A DNA stretch of 64,000 bases from Alphaproteobacteria bacterium. Lineage in GTDB: Bacteria > Pseudomonadota > Alphaproteobacteria > Bin95. Below the pieces are notes generated by a model, which saw only the letters and a program-made list of their open reading frames with translations, did no database searches and had not been told where the DNA came from. The stretch is taken from the NCBI GenBank assembly GCA_963665325.3, contig OZ224045.1:2336001-2400000 (forward strand), given 5' to 3'. Shown one piece after another: positions 49,090 to 58,242 of the stretch (the stretch's first letter is position 1; every line of letters begins with the position of its first letter). The position numbers and the translations under genes are program-made.

Positions 49090-50088
49090 ATGACCGAATC
49101 AGCAAGTGCGCCGGCTTCGGACAACGCGCGCCTCGGCGTGTTCCACTACATGCAGCCTTCGGCGGCCTCGTCGCTTTACCGGAACGGCAAGGTGCTGACC
49201 CGGCGCGACCGGGACGGCAGCGACAGCGGCCGCCTCGGCGTCGATCTGGAAGAGCGGGAAATGCCGATCCTCGACGCGCGCGGGCTTGCGCCGGCCGGGC
49301 AGCCCACGCTTGCCGCCAACGGCTTCGAGCTGGAGCAGCGCCCGATGGCCGACCCCGGCCTCGACTTTCTCGACCACGACGCCGTGGTGCGGGCCTACTA
49401 CCCGGAGTGCGCAGAGATCGTGCGGGCGGCGACGGGGGCGGCGACCGCTGCGGCCTTCGACCACAATATCCGCTCCGCCACCGGCAAGTCCGGCCAGCAG
49501 CGCATCGCCGGCGGCCAGCAGGTGCAGGGGCCGGCCCATCTGGTGCATGGCGACTACACGCTGACCAGCGCGCCGCAGCGCCTCCGCGACCTCGCCCGCC
49601 TTCCGTCCCTGAACGACACCTACCGCACCGCGCTTCCCGAGGGCGCGACGCTGCTGGACGCCGACGCGGTGGAAGAGGCGGTGGAGAGCGGGCGCTTCGC
49701 GATCATCAATGTGTGGCGCAATATCGCCCGCGAGCCGGTGGCGACCCGGCCGCTTGCGCTCTGCGACGCCGCGAGCGTGCGCCCGGAGGAGCTGGTCGTC
49801 TTCGAAATCCATTACGGCGACCGGGTCGGCGAGAACTATTTCGCCAAGCACGACCCCCGCCACCGCTGGGTTTACTGGTCCGCCATGACCCGCGACGAGG
49901 CGCTGCTCATCAAGCAGTGGGACTCGGCGGGCGGGCTGGCCCGCTCGGAAGGCGCCAGGGCCGATGCCGAGAGCGCTGACGGTCCCTGCACCTTCAGCTT
50001 CCACAGCGCCTTCGAGGACCCCGCAACCCCGCCCGACGCCCCCGACCGTTGGAGCATAGAAGTCCGCTGCGCCGTGCTTTACGGGTGA
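49090..50088 (+). CDS. CmcJ/NvfI (AsaB-like) family Fe/2OG oxidoreductase
   Basis: FDHNIR, VHGDYT (HxD), INVWR, PLALCDA, FHSAF, RWSIEVR. Confidence 0.85.
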   Translation: MTESASAPASDNARLGVFHYMQPSAASSLYRNGKVLTRRDRDGSDSGRLGVDLEEREMPILDARGLAPAGQPTLAANGFELEQRPMADPGLDFLDHDAVVRAYYPECAEIVRAATGAATAAAFDHNIRSATGKSGQQRIAGGQQVQGPAHLVHGDYTLTSAPQRLRDLARLPSLNDTYRTALPEGATLLDADAVEEAVESGRFAIINVWRNIAREPVATRPLALCDAASVRPEELVVFEIHYGDRVGENYFAKHDPRHRWVYWSAMTRDEALLIKQWDSAGGLARSEGARADAESADGPCTFSFHSAFEDPATPPDAPDRWSIEVRCAVLYG

Positions 50089-50182
50089 CAGCGCGGCGCG
50101 GCCGCCGGTATGTCGGGAGGATTCCCGCCGGAAGCGGCGGCATGGCGGGCCGGATGACGTTGGAACGGGAACCGTCCTTCCC

Positions 50183-51442
50183 TCAGGCTTCCCAGAGCAT
50201 CCTGACGGGCATCGCAAATAGCCGGGGGCCCGTTCGCTGAATGCGCCCGCCATCGTGCAGGACGATCCCGCAGGCGAACCTGTCGCCCACGGTCTCCTTC
50301 AGGCGTCGCAGCCCCCTGAAATCCCGGGGATGCGCCGTCGCTCCCGCTTTGACTTCGATCCCTACAACGGCGCCCGGCGAACGCTCCAGGACCAGATCGA
50401 CCTCCATGCCGTCCTTGTTGCGATAGTGCGTGACGGTCGTCATTTCATCCGAGAGAGCGATGGCCTTGGCGATCTCTCCATGTACGAAATTCTCAAGAAG
50501 CGGTCCCAGCTTCTGTCGGTCCCGCACGATATCCGCGGCTTCCGTTCGCAGGAGCGCCGCGAGCAGACCGGAATCCAGGAACTGGAGCTTCGGCGTTCTG
50601 ACCAGCCGCTTCAGCCGGCTGTTGTGCCAGGCGCGAACGCGGCGGATCAGAAACATGTGCTCCAGCAGCACCAGCCAGCGATCCACGGTCTTGCCGTCGA
50701 CGCCGAGGCGGGCACCAAGACCGGACATGTTGAGCAACTGGCCTGCCGATACCGCCGCGTGGTCGATCAGGCGGGCCATTTCGTCTCGTTTCCCGACAGG
50801 CGCGATATCCGGCACATCGCGCTCGGCGAGAGCCCGCGCATAGGCCCGCAGCCAGGAACGCCGGCGGGACGCAGCGGCGCGGGCGAGCGCCGCCGGATAG
50901 CCGCCGGTAACGACCCGTTCGATCAAGTCGGTCGATGGACCGGTCTCAACGACTGCTGGAAAGTCGCCGGCAAAGGCCCGGTCGAGGAAGCGCGACGGAG
51001 CGGCACCGGCGATCTCGGCTTGGGAGAACGGCAGGAGCTCGATGGTCTCGACGCGCCCGGCCAGGGAATCCGGGGAAATCGCGCCCCTGAACAGATCGAC
51101 GGAGCCGGTGATCAGATACCGCCCGGGATCGGGATGCTCGTCGACTTCCTTCTTGAGCGCCAGGATCAGGTTCGGAGCGCGCTGGATTTCATCAATCGCC
51201 GCGTTTTGCAGGCCCCGGACGAAGCCGACAGGATCGTCCAGAGCGAACCGCCTGGACTGCTCGTCGTCCAGAGAGACGAAGGCGCGGCCGTCGCCATCGG
51301 CGATGCGCCGGGCAAGCGTCGTCTTGCCGGACTGGCGGGGCCCCACGATGGCGACGATGCGGGTATCCGTCAGCGCCAGGCGAACGGGCCCCTCGGCGTG
51401 TCGCGCCACAAAGGTCTCGGTGGGGTTCGTCCGGTTTGGCAC
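50183..51442 (-). CDS. AAA_14 ATPase with DUF4143 (C-terminal PD-(D/E)xK-like) domain
   Basis: GPRQSGKTT, IDEIQR, SLAGR, TPKLQFLDSGL, EVDLVLE...GIEVK. Confidence 0.9.
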   Translation of the reverse strand: MPNRTNPTETFVARHAEGPVRLALTDTRIVAIVGPRQSGKTTLARRIADGDGRAFVSLDDEQSRRFALDDPVGFVRGLQNAAIDEIQRAPNLILALKKEVDEHPDPGRYLITGSVDLFRGAISPDSLAGRVETIELLPFSQAEIAGAAPSRFLDRAFAGDFPAVVETGPSTDLIERVVTGGYPAALARAAASRRRSWLRAYARALAERDVPDIAPVGKRDEMARLIDHAAVSAGQLLNMSGLGARLGVDGKTVDRWLVLLEHMFLIRRVRAWHNSRLKRLVRTPKLQFLDSGLLAALLRTEAADIVRDRQKLGPLLENFVHGEIAKAIALSDEMTTVTHYRNKDGMEVDLVLERSPGAVVGIEVKAGATAHPRDFRGLRRLKETVGDRFACGIVLHDGGRIQRTGPRLFAMPVRMLWEA

Positions 51443-51541
51443 AGGTGTCCGTCCGAATCGGAATCATGATCCGTCCAATCCGGAATATAACACCGCGCGG
51501 TCCGGTAGTCACTTTCGAATCCCGTGCGTGATTGTGCGCCG

Positions 51542-51771
51542 GGCCGCTCGCGCTCTGCGACGCCGCCAGCGCGCGCCCGGAGGCGCTGCTCATCAAGCAG
51601 TGGGACCCGGCGGGCGGGCTGGCCCGCTCGGAAGGCGCCAGAGCCGATGCCGAGAGTGCGGACGGTCCCTGCACCTTCAGCTTCCACAGCGCCTTCGAGG
51701 CCCCCGCAACCCCGCCCGACGCCCCCGACCGCTGGAGCATAGAAGTCCGCTGCGCCGTGCTTTACGGGTGA
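51542..51771 (+). pseudogene. Duplicated, internally deleted 3' fragment of the CmcJ-family gene
   Basis: PLALCDAAS.RPE fused directly to ALLIKQWD...CAVLYG*. Confidence 0.9.
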
Positions 51772-51838
51772 CGAGGGGTGGCGCAAGCGGAGAATGGGCA
51801 GTCCGGTGCTCTAACTTCGCGGCTTGGAGACTATGGCC

Positions 51839-52045
51839 ATGCTCGACATCAAGCCCCGTTATCTGGTTGATGATACCGGCCGAAAAACCGGCGCAATATT
51901 GTCAATGAAGGATTACCGGGCGCTGATGCAACGCTTGGAAGACTTGGAGGACACTCTGGAACTGGAACGCGCGGTCGAGACGGCGACCGGATTTCGTGAC
52001 TATGGGGAGATCCTAAAGGACGTGCGGACGCATCTTGACGGATAA
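51839..52045 (+). CDS. Type II antitoxin (partner of the RelE-family toxin)
   Basis: YLVDDTGRKTGAILSMKDY...LEDLED; overlaps the toxin start. Confidence 0.75.
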   Translation: MLDIKPRYLVDDTGRKTGAILSMKDYRALMQRLEDLEDTLELERAVETATGFRDYGEILKDVRTHLDG

Positions 52046-52307
52046 CGGTGCTTACACCGTAGCTTTGGAGCGGAGAGCCGAACGTGAGTTGCGGGGTTTG
52101 TCCGACTCGGCTGTCCGTCGAATCGACGTTGCGCTGCGCAGTTTGGCCGATAATCCCAGACCGGTCGGTGCGGTCAGGCTGCAGGGCCGAACGGGACCGG
52201 GATGGCGGGTTCGGGTAGGCGAATACCGCGTTCTTTTTCGGGTCGATGACGACCTTCGGCGGGTCGAGGATTACCGCGTCCGACACCGGCGGGAAGCCTA
52301 TCGATGA
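52035..52307 (+). CDS. RelE/ParE family toxin
   Basis: AERELRGL...LADNPRP...WRVRVGEYRVLF...HRREAYR. Confidence 0.88.
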   Translation: MTDNGAYTVALERRAERELRGLSDSAVRRIDVALRSLADNPRPVGAVRLQGRTGPGWRVRVGEYRVLFRVDDDLRRVEDYRVRHRREAYR

Positions 52308-52421
52308 AGCCTGTTGGCAGTGTCGCCAATCTGGCGCTCGCCTGCCCATGCGTCAGTAGTGCCCGATTTGCGACGCGCGCCGAAAACGCTACGCTCCCGG
52401 CGAGCCGGGAGGTTTAGGACG

Positions 52422-53588
52422 ATGCCGTTCGATCTGGTCGAAGAACATGTGATGCTGCGCGACCTGGTGGCGAAGTTCGTGGACAACGAGCTGATGCCGC
52501 TGGAGAAGGCCGTGATGGCGCGCGAAGCGGCGGGCGGGGAAATCCGGCTGACCGACGAGGAACTCAGCCCCCTGCTCGACAAGTGCAGGGAACTCGGCCT
52601 CTGGGCGCTCGACGCGCCGGAGGAGGTTGGCGGCATGAACCTGCCGGCCGTGGCGCTGGTCGGCGTCAACGAGGAGCTCGGCCGCACGATCACGCCCTTC
52701 GTCTTCCCGCCCGACTCGCCCAACCTCCACATGATGCTGGCTGTCGCCGACGAGCGCCAGAAGCGGCTCTACATGAAGCCCTATGCAAGCGGCGAGGCGC
52801 ATTCCGCCATCGCGATCTCCGAGCCCGGCGCGGGCGGCGACCCGGCCGGCATGACCACCCGCGCAGTCAAGGACGGCGACCACTGGGTCATCGACGGGCG
52901 CAAGATCTGGATCAGCCGCGTGCCTTACGCCGATTTCACCATCGTCATGGCGCTGACCGACCCGGAGAAGCGCGCGCGCGGCGGCATCACCGCCTTCATC
53001 GTCGAGAAGGACACGCCCGGCTTCATCGTCGAGCGTGAAATCCCGATGCTCGGTGGCGCGCGCACCTATGAGGTCGTGTTCGAGAACTGCCGCGTGCATG
53101 AGCGCCAGGTGCTGGGGCAGGTCGGCAACGGCTTTGGCCCTATGCAGCTTCGGCTGACCGTGCGCCGGCTCCAGATGGGCTCGTGGTGCGTGGGCATGGC
53201 GCGGCGTGCGCTCAAAATGCTCTGCGAACATGCGAGCCAGCGCGTGACCTTCGGTGAACGGCTCGCCGACCGCCAGGCGATCCAGTGGTGGATTGCCGAC
53301 GGCGCGACCAAGGTTCACGCCTGCTCGCTGATGGTCATGGACGCGGCCGTGAAACAGGACCGCGGCGAGGACGTGCGCACCGAAGCGTCGATGATAAAGG
53401 TCTATGCCACCGAGATGGCGACGGAGATCGTGGACCGCGCCCAACAGGCGTTCGGCGCGATGGGCGTCACCAGGGAATTGCCGCTCCAGCTGATGGCCCA
53501 GAAGGTGAGGCTCATGCGCGTCTATGAGGGCCCGAGCGAGGTCCACCGCATGGTCATCGCGCGCCGCATGCTGCGCGCTCACGGATAG
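52422..53588 (+). CDS. Acyl-CoA dehydrogenase
   Basis: AISEPGAGGD, GRKIWIS, RVTFG...QAIQ, RVYEGPSEV. Confidence 0.92.
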   Translation: MPFDLVEEHVMLRDLVAKFVDNELMPLEKAVMAREAAGGEIRLTDEELSPLLDKCRELGLWALDAPEEVGGMNLPAVALVGVNEELGRTITPFVFPPDSPNLHMMLAVADERQKRLYMKPYASGEAHSAIAISEPGAGGDPAGMTTRAVKDGDHWVIDGRKIWISRVPYADFTIVMALTDPEKRARGGITAFIVEKDTPGFIVEREIPMLGGARTYEVVFENCRVHERQVLGQVGNGFGPMQLRLTVRRLQMGSWCVGMARRALKMLCEHASQRVTFGERLADRQAIQWWIADGATKVHACSLMVMDAAVKQDRGEDVRTEASMIKVYATEMATEIVDRAQQAFGAMGVTRELPLQLMAQKVRLMRVYEGPSEVHRMVIARRMLRAHG

Positions 53589-53604
53589 GAAAGGCCACCC
53601 CGAA

Positions 53605-54546
53605 ATGCCCGACAGTGCCCGCTCCATTGCCGAACTGGGCCGACGCATGCCGGTCAACCCGGCAAGCCCGGCTGAAGCCCGCGCCCGCTATTTCAACACC
53701 GCCAATGCCTTCGACATGAAGCTGCCGCCCGTGCCGGACGCGGTCTTCACCGAGGAGCCGGCGCTCGCGCTCGCCCCCGACGCGCCCACGGGGTTCACCG
53801 CCTGCGACATCTCGGCGGAACTGGCCTCCGCCTTTCCCGCAACGACGCCGCTCGTGCTGGCCCGCTATGCCCGCATCCGGACGGGCGAGACTCTGACCGC
53901 GGACTTCAACGCGACCGGCGTGCTGGCCTATGTCATCCGTGGCGCCGGCAGCGTTGAGAGCGGCGGGGAGGTGCTGCGCTGGACGTCGGGCGATCTGCTG
54001 CTGTTGCCCGGCGGCGAGGCGCATCCCTGGTCGGCGGAAGAGGACGCCGTACTCTGGCTCGTCACCAACGAGCCGCAGCTGGCCTTCGACCACGCCCGCG
54101 CGCCGGCGCCGGGCATGGCGCCGACCGACCCGGTGCACTACCCCGCTGCCGAGATTGCGGAACAGGTGGAGCTGCTGATGCGCACCGGCCGGGGCGAGGA
54201 GATCCCGGGCTCCGCGCTCATCTTCTCCGCCGAGCGCCAGGAAGCGACGCGCAATGCATTGCCAACGCTTACCTGCGCCATGAATGCGCTGGAGTCCGGC
54301 CAGAGCCAGCGCCCGCACCGCCACAACTCGGTCGCCGTCAGCCTCGTCGTTCAGGGCGAGGGCTGCTACTCGGTCGTGGACGGGCGGCGCAAGGACTGGG
54401 CGCCCTGGGCGACAACCATCACCCCGCCGGTCTCCTCGCATTCCCACCACAATCAAGGGCCGGAACGCGCCATGTTCCTGATCGTGCAGGACGGCGGCAT
54501 CTTCTACCACGCACGCGCCATGGGGTTCGAGTTCACCGATGCTTGA
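53605..54546 (+). CDS. Bicupin, gentisate 1,2-dioxygenase-like
   Basis: QRPHRHNS...TPPVSSHSHHN...VQDG metal-binding cupin. Confidence 0.75.
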   Translation: MPDSARSIAELGRRMPVNPASPAEARARYFNTANAFDMKLPPVPDAVFTEEPALALAPDAPTGFTACDISAELASAFPATTPLVLARYARIRTGETLTADFNATGVLAYVIRGAGSVESGGEVLRWTSGDLLLLPGGEAHPWSAEEDAVLWLVTNEPQLAFDHARAPAPGMAPTDPVHYPAAEIAEQVELLMRTGRGEEIPGSALIFSAERQEATRNALPTLTCAMNALESGQSQRPHRHNSVAVSLVVQGEGCYSVVDGRRKDWAPWATTITPPVSSHSHHNQGPERAMFLIVQDGGIFYHARAMGFEFTDA

Positions 54547-55402
54547 GATACGCCCGCTTGCGCCGGAGATCGGCGCGGAAGTCACCGGCTTCGACATGGG
54601 CAAGCCGCTGACCGACAGCCTGTTTGAGGAAATCCACGCCGCCTGGATGCGCCATAAGGTGCTGGTGTTTCCCGGCCAGCCGGTTTCTGACGAGGCGCTG
54701 CTGGACTTCGGGCGGCGCTTCGGCGAGTTGGAAGTGTTCCACCAGGACATCATCCGCTCGAAGAGCCTGCCGGAGATCTTCCGCGTCTCCAATGTCGATG
54801 AGGACGGGAAGCTGATGGCGCCGGACGACCCGGTCCAGCACCAGATTTCGCTCGCCCGGCGCTGGCATACGGACAGCAGCTACCGCGAGAAGCCGTCGGT
54901 GGGCTCGCTGCTGCACGGCGTTGAGGTGACGGAGGAGGGCGGCGTGACCATGTTCGCGAACATGGCGGCCGTGCTGCGCGCGCTGCCGGACGACCTGCGC
55001 CGCGAGGTTGAGGGCCGCCGGGCGCGGCACGATTTCGAGAACCTCCACCGGCTGAAGCCGCTCAAGCCGCTGACGGACGAAGAGCGCGCGCGCATGCCGC
55101 CCGTCTGGCAGCCCCTGGTCCGCCGCCATCCGGAGACGGGCGAGGCTTCGCTCTATATCAGCCCGATCTACAACGACGCGGTGGAAGGCATGGACCCGGA
55201 AGGCGCGGCGGCGCTGGTCGAGCGGCTGGAGGCGGTCATCGACGACGAGCGCTTCATTTACCGTCACCGCTGGCGGCAGCACGATGTGCTGCTGTGGGAC
55301 AACCGCTGCACGACCCACCGGGTCACGCCCTACAACCCGGCCCACCGCCGGATCATGCATCGCACCACCATAGCCGGCCGGGAGCGCGTCGAAGCGGCTT
55401 GA
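54539..55402 (+). CDS. TauD/TfdA family dioxygenase
   Basis: WHTDSSY, HPETG, WDNRCTTH, RIMHRTT. Confidence 0.92.
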   Translation: MLEIRPLAPEIGAEVTGFDMGKPLTDSLFEEIHAAWMRHKVLVFPGQPVSDEALLDFGRRFGELEVFHQDIIRSKSLPEIFRVSNVDEDGKLMAPDDPVQHQISLARRWHTDSSYREKPSVGSLLHGVEVTEEGGVTMFANMAAVLRALPDDLRREVEGRRARHDFENLHRLKPLKPLTDEERARMPPVWQPLVRRHPETGEASLYISPIYNDAVEGMDPEGAAALVERLEAVIDDERFIYRHRWRQHDVLLWDNRCTTHRVTPYNPAHRRIMHRTTIAGRERVEAA

Positions 55403-55462
55403 CGAGCGCCGCTGCGAGACGCCATATCGACAGGTGCCAGGCGAGCGCAGGAGGGCGGCATC

Positions 55463-55882
55463 GTGGCTCCGACACGCAGGGACGTGATGAGGCTCGGCGG
55501 CGTTGCCGCTGCCGTAGCGCTGTTCCCCGCGGTCGCGGTCGCGGACTCGAACGGCATTTCGCAGGCCATCGCAGCGTTCACGAAGGGCGCAATGGCGCTG
55601 GAAGCCGGCCTGTCGCTGGAAGTGCCGGAGATTGCCGACAATGGCGGCGCGGTGCCGGTGCGGGTAGCCGCCGCGGGTGCGAGGCGCATTGCGCTGTTCA
55701 CCGATGGGAATCCGTATCCCGGTGTGGTCGTCTTCGAATTCGGAAGGTTCACACCGCCCGCAGCCACGATCCGTATCCGGCTGGCCAGGAGCCAGAGCGT
55801 CATCGCGGTGGCGGAGCTGGTAGACGGCACATTTCGCAAGGCCTCCCGTGCGGTCGCGGTGACGGTCGGCGGCTGCGCGTGA
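55463..55882 (+). CDS. soxY: Sulfur carrier protein SoxY
   Basis: Tat signal TRRDVM, PEIADNG, NPYP, IRLARSQ, C-terminal VTVGGCA. Confidence 0.88.
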   Translation: MAPTRRDVMRLGGVAAAVALFPAVAVADSNGISQAIAAFTKGAMALEAGLSLEVPEIADNGGAVPVRVAAAGARRIALFTDGNPYPGVVVFEFGRFTPPAATIRIRLARSQSVIAVAELVDGTFRKASRAVAVTVGGCA

Positions 55883-55892
55883 GGGGCGGAAC

Positions 55893-56219
55893 ATGGCGAC
55901 ACCCAAGCCGCGCATAAGGCTTCCGAAATCGGTCGAGGCGGGCGTTCCCTTTACGGTCAGGACCCGGATCACCCATCCGATGCACACCGGCCTGCGCCGC
56001 GACCGCGACGGTGAGCTGATACCCCGCCGGATCGTCAACAGATTCACGGTGCGCTACAACGACGAGGAGGCGTTCTCCGCCGCCCTGGAACCGGCGGTTT
56101 CGACCGATCCCTATATCCAGTTCGAGCTGTCCTTACCGGAGTCGGGCGTTCTGGAATTCGAGTGGGAAGACGATGACGGCTCGATCTACAGCCTTCGCAG
56201 GGAAATCTCCGTCGGTTAG
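55893..56219 (+). CDS. soxZ: Sulfur carrier protein SoxZ
   Basis: HPMHTGLRRD..GELIPR, AVSTDPY, WEDDDG. Confidence 0.9.
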   Translation: MATPKPRIRLPKSVEAGVPFTVRTRITHPMHTGLRRDRDGELIPRRIVNRFTVRYNDEEAFSAALEPAVSTDPYIQFELSLPESGVLEFEWEDDDGSIYSLRREISVG

Positions 56220-56922
56220 GGCCGCTGTCGGACTGTTGGCGGCTGCCTTGCTGGCGCTTCTTCCGGCTCTCGGCGCATGGGGCAGCGATGCGGAGCGCGG
56301 CAAGGCGCTCTTCAAACAGTGCAAGCGATGCCATCAGGCGGGTAGCGGCGCGGAACACCGGATCGGGCCGCACCTGAACGATGTCTTCGGACGCGCGGCC
56401 GGCTCGCTCGGTGATTTCCGCTATTCCCCGGCGATGAAGGCGGCCGGGACCGGCGGCCTGATCTGGACCGGGGCAACGCTCGACGCATTCCTGTCCGACC
56501 CGCGGGCACTGGTGCCGCGCTCGCGCATGAGTTTTGCCGGCATGCGGGAGAAAGGCGACAGGGCGGATTTGTTGGCATGGCTACGCGGGTTTTCCGGCGC
56601 CGTGTCTGAACTCCCCCCCGCCGAGCCGACCGCCACGGCCGAGGAATACGGCCTCGACCCGCGTCTTCTCTCCATCGAAGGCGATCCCGAATACGGGGCC
56701 TATCTCGCCGGCGAATGCACGACCTGCCACAGGGAAGGCGGCTCCGGCGAGGGTATCCCTTCGATAACCGGATGGCCGTCCGACGACTTCGTGATAGCCT
56801 TGCAGGCTTACAAGCGCGGAAAGCGGGAGCATCCCGCCATGCAGCTTGTTGCCGGCCGCCTGTCGGATGAGGAGATAGCGGCACTGGCTGCGCATTTCCG
56901 CGATGCGGGAGACCAACCATGA
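56173..56922 (+). CDS. soxE: Diheme cytochrome c (SoxE-like)
   Basis: CKRCH and CTTCH heme motifs; signal peptide. True start may be ~56233-56236. Confidence 0.8.
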   Translation: MTARSTAFAGKSPSVRAAVGLLAAALLALLPALGAWGSDAERGKALFKQCKRCHQAGSGAEHRIGPHLNDVFGRAAGSLGDFRYSPAMKAAGTGGLIWTGATLDAFLSDPRALVPRSRMSFAGMREKGDRADLLAWLRGFSGAVSELPPAEPTATAEEYGLDPRLLSIEGDPEYGAYLAGECTTCHREGGSGEGIPSITGWPSDDFVIALQAYKRGKREHPAMQLVAGRLSDEEIAALAAHFRDAGDQP

Positions 56923-56939
56923 ACCGAAGGGAAGGCGTT

Positions 56940-58226
56940 ATGAACCAGCAAAACGGAAACAACGGCCTCAGCCGGCGCCGCTTCCTTGCGACCACGGTCG
57001 CGGCCTCGGCGGCGCTGTCGGCGCCGGCAGCGCTTGGCCAGGGACGGCCCCGCGTTGTGGTCGTGGGCGGCGGCGCGGGCGGCGCCACGGCGGCGCGCTA
57101 TATCGCCAGGGACTCGAAAGGCGCGGTGGATGTCACGCTCGTCGAGCCGACCCGCGCCTATTACAGCTGCTTCTTCTCGAACCTCTATATCGGCGGCTTC
57201 CGGGAATACGCGTCGATCGGGCACAGCTACGGCGCGCTTGCGGCGAGCCACGGGATCAATGTCGTGCACGACTGGGCGGTCTCCATCGACCGCGACAAAC
57301 GCAGCGTGGGGCTCGCGGGCGGCGGCAGCCTTTCCTACGACCGCCTCGTGCTGTCGCCGGGTATAGACTTCAAGCCGGGGTCCGTGCCGGGATGGGACCT
57401 GTCGCAGCAGAACCGCATGCCGCACGCCTACAAGGCCGGCTCGCAAACTCAGCTTCTCAGGGCGCAGGTCGAGGCCATGCCGGAGGGCGGCGTCTATTGC
57501 ATGGTCGCGCCGCCCAATCCCTTCCGTTGCCCGCCGGGCCCCTATGAGCGTATCTCGATGGTTGCCCATGTCCTGAAGCAGGCCAATCCGACGGCCAAGA
57601 TCCTGATCGTCGATCCCAAGGCGAAGTTCTCCAAGCAGGGGCTGTTCGAGGACGGCTGGCAACGCCACTACGCCGGCATGATCGAGCGAATCGGCCCGGA
57701 TTTCGGAGGCGACAAGGTCGAAGTGCGGCCCGGGGCGATGGAGGTCGTGATCGACGGCGAGGCCACGAAGGTGGATGCCTGCAATGTCATCCCTGCGCAG
57801 CAGGCCGGGCGCATTGCGGCGGTCGCCGGCATCACCAACGATGCGGGCTGGGCGCCGGTCGTCGCGCACACCATGCAGAGCCGCGCGGACGAGAATATCC
57901 ATGTGCTGGGCGACGCCTCGCAACAGGGCGACATGCCGAAATCGGGCTTCTCTGCCAACAGCCAGGCGAAGGTCTGCGCCATGGCCGTGCGCGGGGCGCT
58001 CACCGGATCGAAGGTGTTTGCGGCGCGCTTTTCCAACACCTGCTGGTCGCTGATCGGCACCGATGACGGCGTCAAGGTCGGCGCATCCTACGAGGCGACC
58101 GACGAGAAGATCGCCAAGACCGACGGCTTTATCTCCAAAACCGGAGAAACCGCCGAGGTCCGCAAGGCGACCTACAAGGAGTCGCTCGACTGGTATGCCG
58201 CCATTTCCGGGGACATGTTCGGCTGA
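56940..58226 (+). CDS. soxF: Flavocytochrome c sulfide dehydrogenase flavoprotein (SoxF/FccB)
   Basis: Tat SRRRFL, GGGAGG, SCFFSN, RCPPGPYER, MPKSGFSANSQ, NTCWS. Confidence 0.92.
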   Translation: MNQQNGNNGLSRRRFLATTVAASAALSAPAALGQGRPRVVVVGGGAGGATAARYIARDSKGAVDVTLVEPTRAYYSCFFSNLYIGGFREYASIGHSYGALAASHGINVVHDWAVSIDRDKRSVGLAGGGSLSYDRLVLSPGIDFKPGSVPGWDLSQQNRMPHAYKAGSQTQLLRAQVEAMPEGGVYCMVAPPNPFRCPPGPYERISMVAHVLKQANPTAKILIVDPKAKFSKQGLFEDGWQRHYAGMIERIGPDFGGDKVEVRPGAMEVVIDGEATKVDACNVIPAQQAGRIAAVAGITNDAGWAPVVAHTMQSRADENIHVLGDASQQGDMPKSGFSANSQAKVCAMAVRGALTGSKVFAARFSNTCWSLIGTDDGVKVGASYEATDEKIAKTDGFISKTGETAEVRKATYKESLDWYAAISGDMFG

Positions 58227-58242
58227 TCCCGGGGAGATAGCT

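Larger units (their letters stand above)
49748..51772 (+). repeat. Direct repeat of the CmcJ-family gene 3' end flanking the DUF4143 gene
   Basis: 49748-49789 plus 49901-50089 match 51542-51772, with 9 mismatches over 231 bp by eye. The second copy lacks 111 bp. Confidence 0.92.

Noticed and set aside
48429-49979. 516-aa plus-strand ORF and 120-aa minus-strand ORF across the structured element
   Set aside because: Low-complexity R/A/P/G-rich translations; the long one overlaps the real CmcJ-family gene out of frame.
51808-52335. Integron cassette (attC) around the TA pair
   Set aside because: A CTCTAAC is present, but there is no matching GTTRRRY at attC distance and no integron integrase.
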